A DNA stretch of 64,000 nt from an uncultured Candidatus Rokubacteria bacterium (GTDB taxonomy: Bacteria; Methylomirabilota; Methylomirabilia; Rokubacteriales; CSP1-6), in NCBI GenBank assembly GCA_963771355.1, contig CAVYTA010000001.1:160001-224000 (forward strand). The letters are read 5' to 3'. The position numbers and the translations under genes were made by a program. The notes below the pieces were generated by a model. That model was not told the DNA's origin. It made no database searches and saw only the letters and a program-made list of their open reading frames with translations. The number at the start of each line of letters is the position of its first letter. Within the stretch, counting starts at the first letter, position 1. Positions 1 to 7,852 of this stretch are shown piece after piece.

Positions 1-1
1 C

Positions 2-430
2 CTCCCGTCCACCCTCGGCCGTCCCCTGTCCCTCGGGGAGTTCAAGGGCAAGGCGGACGTGGTGCTCGCCTTCTACTGTTACGACTGGGGCAATATCTGA
101 ACGCCGGAGCTGACCGGCCTGGGCCAGGCCGTCGCGGAGCTGGAGCGGCGCGGCGCCGTCTTCCTCGGCATCAGTGGTGACACGCCGTTCTGCCACGAGG
201 CCTTTCAGGCCGCGCGCCGCTTCCCCTTTTCGCTGCTGAGCGACGTCCACCGCAGCGTCATTCGCGCCTATGGCATCCACGATGCCGACCGCAACGTGGC
301 TTATCGCTCCACCTTCGTGGTGGACCGCGAGGGCCTCCTCCGCTGGGGGCAAGCCGGTGACCGGCAGATGGTGCGCGAGGGCGGCGAGATCCTGCGCGTA
401 CTGGACGTGATCGCCCGGCTCCGCGGGTGA
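2..430 (+). CDS. Peroxiredoxin (AhpC/TSA, AhpE/BCP-like), 5'-truncated, probable selenoprotein (in-frame TGA 98-100)
   Basis: Manual translation of frame 2: LPSTLGRPLSLGEFKGKADVVLAFYCYDWGNI*TPEL...FLGISGD...FSLLSD...AYG...RSTFVVDREG. Prx-fold motifs lie on both sides of the TGA, and the stop at 428-430 overlaps the next GTG. Confidence 0.85.
112..133 (+). promoter_or_regulatory. Putative bacterial SECIS hairpin
   Basis: GAC-C-GGCCTG/GGC/CAGGCC-GTC stem-loop; the G-led apical loop starts about 21 nt after the UGA. Confidence 0.65.
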
Positions 431-1851
431 GCGCGGCCGCCGGCTCCCCGTGGCGCCGGCGGCTCCGAATAGCCACGCTCGGGGTCGTCGCCGCGGTTCT
501 GGTCACTGCCGGCTATTTCGCGCGGCAGGTCATTCTCGTCGGCAATGGCTATGTCGCGAAGACGGTGTGCTCGGGCGTCTTCGTGTCCGGACGGAAGCCG
601 CAGGGGGTGCTGGACGCGGAGATCCGCCTCAACGATCCCGGCATCCTCCGCCTCGTGAGCGCGGACACGGAGCGGAGCAGCCGCACGGTGCGCAGCGCCT
701 TCCTCGGGCTGGGGGAGCGGGTGGCGGTGTTCCGCGACGGCCTGGGCTGCACCCTGGCTCTCGGCGTCGGCGCCGGAGAGCTGGCCTCGCGCGGGCTTCC
801 CTCGAACGTGGCGGCCCTTCCGACGACGGGAACCTCGTGGCCCACGCGCGATGCCCGCGGCGCCGTCGGCGGACCCTCCGGCCTGGACCCGGTGGCCATC
901 ACGGCGGCGCTCGACGACGCTTTCGCGGAGCCCGGTCCCGTGCCTACCCGCCGCACGCGTGCGGTGGTGGTGGTCCAGGACGGACGCCTCGTCGCCGAGC
1001 GCTACGGCGCGGGCCATGGTCCGGAAACCGCGCTCCCGGGCTGGTCCATGACCAAGAGCGTGGTGAACGCGCTGGCCGGCGTGCTCGTGCGGGAGGGCAA
1101 GCTCGCGCTGGACGCGCCGCTGCGGGCGCCGGAATGGAGCGCGCCGGACGATCCGCGGCGCGCGCTCACGCTGCGACAGCTCCTCCAGATGTCGAGCGGG
1201 CTCGCGTTCACCGAGAGCTACGGCAACCCTCTCGGCGACGTGATCTGGATGCTGTTCGGGACGGGAGACGCGGCGGGCTTCGCCGCCCGCAAGCCGCTCG
1301 CCGCGCCGGCCGGGCAGCGGTGGTCGTACTCGAGCGGGACCACGAACATCATCTCCCGCGCGCTGCGCGGGGCCGTCGGCGGCACCGAGGCGGACTATCA
1401 GCTCTTCCCGCGCCGCGCGCTCTTCGAGCCTCTCGGCATGACCAGCGCGATCATCGAGCCGGATGCGGCGGGGACCTTCGTCGGCTCCTCCCTCATGTTC
1501 GCCACCGCGCGAGACTGGGCCCGCTTCGGGCTCCTCTTCCTTCAGGATGGAACGTGGGCGGGCCAGCGCATCCTGCCCGAGGGCTGGGTGGCCTTCAGCG
1601 TGACGCCGGCGCCCGCCGCGCCGGGCGGCGTCTACGGCGCGCATTTCTGGCTACGCCTGGGCGAGGCCAGCTACGCGCGCTCGGGCGAGCACGGGATTCC
1701 GCCGGATACCTACCACGCCATCGGCCACGAGGGGCAGATCCTCACCGTGATCCCCTCGCGCCGGCTGGTGGTCGTTCGCCTGGGCCTCAGCGTCGGGCGC
1801 GGCGCATGGGATCACGCTGCGTTCCTGCGCCGCTTACTCGGAAATGGGTGA
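427..1851 (+). CDS. Serine hydrolase, beta-lactamase class C/AmpC-like family, N-terminal membrane anchor
   Basis: SxxK (WSMTKS), YSS motif, LLQMSSGL, and C-terminal GHEGQ...VIPSRRLVVVRLG. Confidence 0.85.
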   Translation: MSAAAGSPWRRRLRIATLGVVAAVLVTAGYFARQVILVGNGYVAKTVCSGVFVSGRKPQGVLDAEIRLNDPGILRLVSADTERSSRTVRSAFLGLGERVAVFRDGLGCTLALGVGAGELASRGLPSNVAALPTTGTSWPTRDARGAVGGPSGLDPVAITAALDDAFAEPGPVPTRRTRAVVVVQDGRLVAERYGAGHGPETALPGWSMTKSVVNALAGVLVREGKLALDAPLRAPEWSAPDDPRRALTLRQLLQMSSGLAFTESYGNPLGDVIWMLFGTGDAAGFAARKPLAAPAGQRWSYSSGTTNIISRALRGAVGGTEADYQLFPRRALFEPLGMTSAIIEPDAAGTFVGSSLMFATARDWARFGLLFLQDGTWAGQRILPEGWVAFSVTPAPAAPGGVYGAHFWLRLGEASYARSGEHGIPPDTYHAIGHEGQILTVIPSRRLVVVRLGLSVGRGAWDHAAFLRRLLGNG

Positions 1852-3231
1852 TTCCGTCGCGCCCGGCGGAGCGATCCACACCGTCTTGACGTTCACGAAC
1901 TCGCGGATGCCGTACTCCGAGAGCTCCCGTCCATAACCCGAGCGCTTGATCCCGCCGAAGGGTAGGCGCGGGTCGGACTTCACCACGCCGTTGACGAAGA
2001 CGCTCCCTGCCTCGATCTGCGCGGCGAGCCGCTCCGCCGTCTTGAGGTCGCGGGTCCACAGGGACGAGCCGAGGCCGTAGATCGAGTCATTGGCCAGGCG
2101 CACCGCATCCGCCTCGTCCTTGGCGCGGATGACCGCCGCCACCGGACCGAAGGTCTCCTCGTCGAAGGCGGGCATGCCCTTGTCCACGGCGGCGAGCAGG
2201 GTGGGCGGATAGAAGGCGCCCGGCCCGGGCGGGATCTCGCCGCCGAGGAGCACGACGGCCCCGCGCTTCCGCGACTCTTCTACCTGGTGATGGAGGGAGT
2301 CGCGCAGGTCGTGTCGCGCCTGGGGGCCGACCTGGGTCTCGCGCGAGAGCGGATCGCCCATGCGCCGCGCCCCGAGCTCGCGGCGGAAGAGGTCGAGGAA
2401 ACGGTCGGCCACCGACTCCACCACGATGAAGCGCTTGGCGGCGATGCAGCTCTGGCCGCCATTGACCAGCCGAGCGTCGGCGGCGGCGCGGGCGGCGGTG
2501 GCCAGATCGGCATCGGCGAGGACGATGAAGGGGTCGCTGCCGCCCAGCTCGAGCACGGTCTTCTTCAGCTCCCGGCCGGCCGCCTCCGCCACCTTGGAGC
2601 CCGCGCGGTCGCTCCCGGTGAGGGTCGCAGCGACGATACGTGGGTCGGCGATGAGACCCGCGACGGCGGTGGACTCGACCAGAACGGTGCGGAAGAGATC
2701 GTGGGGAAAGCCGGCTTGCTGGAGCACTTCCTCGATCTGGAGCGCACATCGCGGCACGTTCGAGGCATGCTTGAGCACGCCGCCATTACCCGCCATGAGG
2801 CCTGGGGCCACGAAGCGGAACACCTGCCAGAACGGAAAATTCCACGGCATGATGGCCAGCACCACCCCGAGGGGATCGAAGCGCACGTAGCTCCGGGAGG
2901 CATCCGTCTCGCGCGGTTGCTCGGCGAGCATGGAGGGGGCTTCGGCGGCGTAGTGGTCACAGGCCAAGGCGCATTTCTCCACCTCGGCCTCGCCCTGGGC
3001 GATGGGCTTGCCCATTTCCAGCGCCATGGTGCGCGCGTATTCGGTCTTGCGGGCCCGCAGGAGCCGCGCGGCCTCACGCATGGGCACCGCCCGCTCGGCG
3101 ACGGGCACCCGCCGCCACTCGAGGAACGCCGCGTGCGCGCCGCTGACCGCTCGCTCGATCAGCGCGGGAGACGTCGGCTCGAAAACTTCCACTACCTCGC
3201 CGGTCGCCGGATTCACGGACTGGATCGCCAT
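1834..3231 (-). CDS. NAD(P)-dependent succinate-semialdehyde dehydrogenase (Sad/GabD1-like aldehyde dehydrogenase)
   Basis: MPWNFP, ELGGSDP, GQSCIA and EETFGP motifs. Start trimmed to MAIQSVNPATG, with an AGGAGG SD upstream. Confidence 0.9.
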   Translation of the reverse strand: MAIQSVNPATGEVVEVFEPTSPALIERAVSGAHAAFLEWRRVPVAERAVPMREAARLLRARKTEYARTMALEMGKPIAQGEAEVEKCALACDHYAAEAPSMLAEQPRETDASRSYVRFDPLGVVLAIMPWNFPFWQVFRFVAPGLMAGNGGVLKHASNVPRCALQIEEVLQQAGFPHDLFRTVLVESTAVAGLIADPRIVAATLTGSDRAGSKVAEAAGRELKKTVLELGGSDPFIVLADADLATAARAAADARLVNGGQSCIAAKRFIVVESVADRFLDLFRRELGARRMGDPLSRETQVGPQARHDLRDSLHHQVEESRKRGAVVLLGGEIPPGPGAFYPPTLLAAVDKGMPAFDEETFGPVAAVIRAKDEADAVRLANDSIYGLGSSLWTRDLKTAERLAAQIEAGSVFVNGVVKSDPRLPFGGIKRSGYGRELSEYGIREFVNVKTVWIAPPGATESPISE

Positions 3232-3235
3232 CGGG

Positions 3236-3432
3236 TGGCCTCCTCGCTCCGCTCGGGAATCATTACGCGTCACGTATCCGCTCGCCTCGCCTTCGGCTGC
3301 GGCTCGCCCCCGCGCTCCGCGCGGGAAACCATTACGTATCCGCTCGCCTCGCCTTCGGCTGCGGCTCGCCCCCGCGCTCCGCGCGGGAAACCATTACGTA
3401 TCCGCTCGCCTCGCCTTCGGCTGCGGCTCGCC
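3236..3432. repeat. Tandem array of a 62-bp palindromic (REP-like) element, about 3 units
   Basis: The unit ACGTATCCGCTCGCCTCGCCTTCGGCTGCGGCTCGCC... starts at 3272, 3334 and 3396, with a variant half-unit at 3236-3271. Confidence 0.9.
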
Positions 3433-3522
3433 AATCAACTGCCACCATCCAACCGTGCTGTCATGGTCTACCCGGGATGGCGGGGTTGCAACCTCAAGCG
3501 TATGCTGGCGATGGAGGTCCTC

Positions 3523-5157
3523 ATGAAGGCATCCGACGTGATCGTGCGGTGTCTGGAGAACGAAGGCGTGCGCTATGTCTTCGGAGTCCCCGGCGAGGAG
3601 ATCCTCGACATCATCGACTCCCTGGTGGATTCGCGGATCGAGTTCGTGCCCACTCGGCACGAGCAGGGGGCCGCCTTCATGGCGGACGCCTGGGGCCGTC
3701 TCACCGGCCGCGCCGGCGTCTGCCTGGCCACGCTCGGCCCCGGCGCGACCAATCTCGCCACCGGGGTCGCCGACGCCAACCTCGACCGCGCGCCGCTCGT
3801 GGCCATCACCGGCCAGGCCGGCCGCGACCGGATCCACAAGGAGTCGCACCAGTACGTGGACATCGTCGAGTCGATGCGGCCCCTGACCAAGTGGAACACC
3901 CGGCTCGAGGTCTCCGCGGTGGTGCCGGAGGTCATCCGCAAGGCGTTCAAGCTCGCGGAATCGGAGAAGCCGGGGGCGTGCCACATCGAGGTGCCCGAGG
4001 ACGTGGCCGAGGAGACCGCGGAGGGGACGCCCTTGTCCACGGAGCGGACGCGCCGGCCCTCGCCGGATCGCCTGGCCCTGCACGCCGCCGCCCAGCTCAT
4101 CGAGGCGGCCTCCTTCCCGCTCGTCTTCGCGGGCAATGGTGTGATCCGCGGCGGCGCCTCCGGCGAGCTCCGCGAGTTCTCCCGCCGTCACGGTATCCCT
4201 GTGGTCAACACCTTCATGGCCAAGGGGTGTCTGCCCTATGACGACCCGCTGTGTCTCTTCAGCGCGGGGCTCCAGGCGCGCGACTACGTCTCCTGCGGCT
4301 TCGAGAAGGCCGACCTCATCCTCTCGGTGGGCTACGATCCGGTGGAGTACGCCCCGCGCTTCTGGAATCCGGACAAGAAGAAGACCATCGTCCACATCGA
4401 CTTCACCCCCGCCGAGGTGGACGGCTACTACCAGCCGGCGGTGGAAGTGGTGGCGGACGTGCGCGAGACGCTCGAGCTCCTGGGCGACCTCGTCAAGGGG
4501 CAGAAGGATCCCGCGCCGTTTGCCGTTCTCCGGCGGTACATCCTCGAGCAGATCGAGGAGGGCTCCACCGACGACACCTTCCCCATCAAGCCGCAGCGCA
4601 TCCTGCGCGAGCTGCGCGGATTGATGGGGCGGGAGGACGTCCTCATCTCGGATGTGGGCACCCACAAGCTCTGGGTGGCGCGCACCTTCCCCGCCTACGA
4701 GCCCAACACGGTGTTGATCTCGAACGGCTACGCCGCCATGGGCTTCGCGCTGCCCGCGGCCATCGCGGCCAAGCTCGTCCACCCCGAGCGCCGGGTCGTC
4801 GCGGTGTGCGGCGACGGCGGCTTCCTCATGAACGTCCAGGAGCTGGAGACCGCCCACCGGCTCGGGGTCGCGGTGGTCTGCGTGATCTTCCGCGACGGCG
4901 GCTACAACCTCATCGAGTGGAAGCAGGAAAAGCAGATGGGCCGGTCGTCCGGCGTGCGCTTCGGCAATCCCGACTTCGTCGCGCTCGCCAAGGCCTTCGG
5001 GGCTCGTGGCTTCAGCGTGGGGTCCCCGCGCGAGCTGCGCCCGGCCCTGGCCGAGGCCCTCGCGCACCCGGGGCCGGCCATCGTCGACGTTCCCGTCGAC
5101 TATGGCGAGAACGCGCGGCTGACGGAGCGGCTGGGCCAGCTCGTCTGCCCGATCTAG
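3523..5157 (+). CDS. Acetolactate synthase large subunit-like TPP-dependent enzyme
   Basis: FGVPGEE, RHEQGAAFMA, TLGPGATN and the GDGGF TPP motif; GGAGG SD before ATG 3523. Confidence 0.9.
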   Translation: MKASDVIVRCLENEGVRYVFGVPGEEILDIIDSLVDSRIEFVPTRHEQGAAFMADAWGRLTGRAGVCLATLGPGATNLATGVADANLDRAPLVAITGQAGRDRIHKESHQYVDIVESMRPLTKWNTRLEVSAVVPEVIRKAFKLAESEKPGACHIEVPEDVAEETAEGTPLSTERTRRPSPDRLALHAAAQLIEAASFPLVFAGNGVIRGGASGELREFSRRHGIPVVNTFMAKGCLPYDDPLCLFSAGLQARDYVSCGFEKADLILSVGYDPVEYAPRFWNPDKKKTIVHIDFTPAEVDGYYQPAVEVVADVRETLELLGDLVKGQKDPAPFAVLRRYILEQIEEGSTDDTFPIKPQRILRELRGLMGREDVLISDVGTHKLWVARTFPAYEPNTVLISNGYAAMGFALPAAIAAKLVHPERRVVAVCGDGGFLMNVQELETAHRLGVAVVCVIFRDGGYNLIEWKQEKQMGRSSGVRFGNPDFVALAKAFGARGFSVGSPRELRPALAEALAHPGPAIVDVPVDYGENARLTERLGQLVCPI

Positions 5158-5158
5158 T

Positions 5159-5285
5159 GCCGGCGGCTGAAAAAGGCCCATCTGCGTCGTTGGCGCCCTC
5201 GGCCGCACGCTCGACGTAGAGAGACTACGCCTCCCGTGCGGCCCTCGGGCGCCGCCTCGCATCTGGACCTTTTTGAGCCGCCGGC
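5159..5285. mobile_element. 127-bp near-palindromic element (MITE/REP-like) between convergent genes
   Basis: Terminal inverted repeats GCCGGCGGCTGAAAAAGG / CCTTTTTGAGCCGCCGGC match at 17 of 18 positions, with nested internal arms. Confidence 0.7.
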
Positions 5286-5288
5286 GCC

Positions 5289-5921
5289 TTACCTCGTCCC
5301 GAACAGGCGGTCTCCGGCGTCGCCGAGCCCCGGCACGATATAGCCGTGCCCGTCGAGGTGACTGTCCACCGCCGCGGTGTAGACGGGCACGTCGGGATGC
5401 TCCGCGTGGAAATGGCGCAGCCCCTCGGGGCAGGTGAGCAGGCAGAGGAACTTGATCGAGCGCGGCCCGGTGCCCTTCAGGCGATTCACCGCGGCCACCG
5501 CGGAGTTCCCGGTGGCCAGCATGGGGTCCATCACGATGGCGTCGCGGTCCCGCATGACCGGGGGAACCTTGAAGTAGTACTCCACCGCCGCGAGCGTCCG
5601 CGGGTCGCGATACAGCCCGATATGCCCCACCCGGGCGCTGGGGAGAATGCGTAGCATCCCGTCGAGGATGCCGGTGCCCGCGCGGAGGATGGAGACCAGC
5701 ACGATCTTCTTCCCGTCCAGCATCGGCGCGTTGGTCCGGGCGAGCGGGGTCTCGACGGGAACCGGCCGGGTGGGCATGTCGCGGGTCACCTCGTAGGCGA
5801 GGAGCATGCTCACCTCCGCGACCAGGCTGCGGAACTCCGAGGTGCTGGTGCTCTTCCGCCGCAGCAGAGCCAGCTTGTGCTGCACTACCGGATGCTCGAT
5901 GACGTGGACGTCGGGCGCCAT
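5289..5921 (-). CDS. upp: Uracil phosphoribosyltransferase
   Basis: ILRAG, DPMLATG and [16 protein letters not shown] motifs. Confidence 0.97.
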   Translation of the reverse strand: MAPDVHVIEHPVVQHKLALLRRKSTSTSEFRSLVAEVSMLLAYEVTRDMPTRPVPVETPLARTNAPMLDGKKIVLVSILRAGTGILDGMLRILPSARVGHIGLYRDPRTLAAVEYYFKVPPVMRDRDAIVMDPMLATGNSAVAAVNRLKGTGPRSIKFLCLLTCPEGLRHFHAEHPDVPVYTAAVDSHLDGHGYIVPGLGDAGDRLFGTR

Positions 5922-5946
5922 GCTCCTCCCCTCCTAGCGGCCGCGC

Positions 5947-5975
5947 TTGACGGGCGCGCCCCGCGCCCGTAGCAT
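5947..5975 (+). promoter_or_regulatory. Sigma70-type promoter for the ABC operon
   Basis: TTGACG-N17-TAGCAT, 13 nt before ATG 5989, with no SD. Confidence 0.6.
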
Positions 5976-5988
5976 ACCCGCGCCTCGC

Positions 5989-6951
5989 ATGCGACGGTAT
6001 GTCCTGCGCCGCTTGCTCCTCTTCCTCCCCACCCTCTTCGGGGCCTCGCTGCTCGTGTTCGTCCTGCTCCGGCTGGTCCCCGGCGACATCGCCGAGATCC
6101 TTGTCTACCAGACCGGGTCGGAGTCCAGCACGGTCCAGAAGAAGCAGATCCAGCAGATCCGCGCCGAGCTGGGCCTGGACCGCCCGGTGCTGGTCCAGTA
6201 CGCGCACTGGATGTGGGACGCGCTGCGCGGCGACTTCGGCCAGTCCTACTCGCAGCGGCGGCCGGTGAGCGCCATCCTCGCCGAGCGCTTCCCGCGCTCC
6301 ATGGAGCTGGCCGCCCTCACCCTGTTCCTGGCCGTGATCTGGGCGGTGCCGCTGGGAGTGGTGTCGGCGGTGCGCCAGAACAGCTGGGTGGACTACCTGG
6401 CCAGGATCCTGAGCCTGTCGGGCCTCTCGCTGCCGCTCTTCGTGACCGGCGCCCTCATCCTCTGGCTGCTGGTGCGCTTCTTTCGGTGGATCCCGCCGCT
6501 GGAGTTCGTGCCCTTCACCGAGAATCCCCTCGAGAACCTCAAGCAGCTCATCTGGCCCGCGCTCTGCCAGGCCTACTACATCAGTGCGCCCATCACCCGC
6601 CTCACGCGCTCGCAGATGCTCGAAGTGATCCGCCACGACTATGTCCGGACGGCGCGCGCCAAGGGCCTCGCCGAGCGCGCGGTGGTCTACCGCCACGCGC
6701 TCAAGAATGCCCTCCTGCCCGTGGTCACCTTCGTGGGCTGGTGGGGCGGCCGCCTGCTGGGCGGCCTCGTGATCATGGAGATCATCTTCGTCGTGCCCGG
6801 CATGGGGACCTCGCTGGTGCAGGCGGTCTCGCAGCGCGACTATCCCACCGTGCAGGCTTTCATCTTCGTGATGGCGGTGGTGTTCCTCCTGATCAACCTG
6901 GCGGTAGACCTTCTCTACGCGTGGCTCGACCCGCGCATCCGGTACGCGTGA
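5989..6951 (+). CDS. Peptide/nickel ABC transporter permease (DppB/OppB-like)
   Basis: LGLDRP, GDFGQS, DYVRTARAKGL EAA loop, DPRIR C-terminus. Confidence 0.92.
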   Translation: MRRYVLRRLLLFLPTLFGASLLVFVLLRLVPGDIAEILVYQTGSESSTVQKKQIQQIRAELGLDRPVLVQYAHWMWDALRGDFGQSYSQRRPVSAILAERFPRSMELAALTLFLAVIWAVPLGVVSAVRQNSWVDYLARILSLSGLSLPLFVTGALILWLLVRFFRWIPPLEFVPFTENPLENLKQLIWPALCQAYYISAPITRLTRSQMLEVIRHDYVRTARAKGLAERAVVYRHALKNALLPVVTFVGWWGGRLLGGLVIMEIIFVVPGMGTSLVQAVSQRDYPTVQAFIFVMAVVFLLINLAVDLLYAWLDPRIRYA

Positions 6952-7790
6952 TGGCGCGCGCACTCGGCCGCTTCCTCGTTCGCCAGCCGCTCGGCGCGGC
7001 GGGGGCGGTGATCGTGCTCGCCATGATCCTGGTCGCCGTGTTCGCGCCCGCGCTGGCGCCGCACGGCCCCAAGGAAACCGGGTTCGCGCCGTACGTGGCC
7101 CCCGGCGCGGAGTTTCCCATGGGCACCGATCAGGTCGGCCGCGACGTTCTGAGCCGGGTGATCTGGGGCGCGCGGCTCTCCCTCCAGATCGGGCTCTTCT
7201 CGGTGGTGTTCGGCATCACGCTGGGCTCGCTGTGGGGTGCCGCCACCGCCTACTTCGGCGGCGCCTGGGACTCGGGGAGCCAGCGAATCGTCGACAGCCT
7301 GATGGCGCTCCCGCCGATCATCCTCGCGCTGTCCCTCATGGCTGCGCTGGGGCAGTCCATCACCAACGTCGTCCTGGCGCTGACCATCCTCCTCACCCCC
7401 ACCGCGGCGCGCACCGTCCGCTCGGTGGCCCTCGGCGTGGTGGCGGCGCCCTACGTGGAGGCGGCGCGCGCCGCCGGCTGCTCGCATGGGCGCATCATCA
7501 TGCGTCACCTCCTTCCGAACTGCCTGGCCTCCTACATCGTCCTCTTCACCACCAATGTCTCTTACGCCATCGTGGTGGAGGCCTCGCTCTCCTTCATCGG
7601 AGCGGGGGCGCCTCCCGACGAGCCCTCCTGGGGCGGCATGCTCACGGCGGGCGTGCAGGCGCTGGAGACGGCGCCGTGGATGGTATTCTTTCCTGGCCTG
7701 GCCATCAGCCTGGCCGTGTTCGCGCTCAATCTGCTCGGCGACTCGATCCGTGACCTCACCGACCCGCGGTTGCGCGGGGGGCTCGGGTAG
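6951..7790 (+). CDS. Peptide/nickel ABC transporter permease (DppC/OppC-like)
   Basis: GTDQVGRDVLSR, YVEAARAAG, PSWGGML and LLGDSIRD; ATG overlaps the upstream TGA. Confidence 0.92.
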   Translation: MARALGRFLVRQPLGAAGAVIVLAMILVAVFAPALAPHGPKETGFAPYVAPGAEFPMGTDQVGRDVLSRVIWGARLSLQIGLFSVVFGITLGSLWGAATAYFGGAWDSGSQRIVDSLMALPPIILALSLMAALGQSITNVVLALTILLTPTAARTVRSVALGVVAAPYVEAARAAGCSHGRIIMRHLLPNCLASYIVLFTTNVSYAIVVEASLSFIGAGAPPDEPSWGGMLTAGVQALETAPWMVFFPGLAISLAVFALNLLGDSIRDLTDPRLRGGLG

Positions 7791-7852
7791 CCAGTAAGCA
7801 GGAGTAACTCAATAGTCGGGCACCCAGTAGGAGTAACTCCAACGGAGGCAAC

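Noticed and set aside
427..1851. Beta-lactam resistance gene
   Set aside because: The motifs show only the broad serine-hydrolase family, not a true AmpC.
3272..3432. CRISPR array
   Set aside because: The units are identical end to end with no unique spacers, and no cas genes are present.
2287..3522. 412-aa N-terminal extension of the ALS-like ORF (956 aa)
   Set aside because: It is antisense to SSADH and runs through the repeats; family sequence and SD start at 3523.
3394..6963. 1189-aa minus-strand ORF
   Set aside because: Antisense shadow of the als and dppB genes, typical of high-GC codon bias, with no domain signal.
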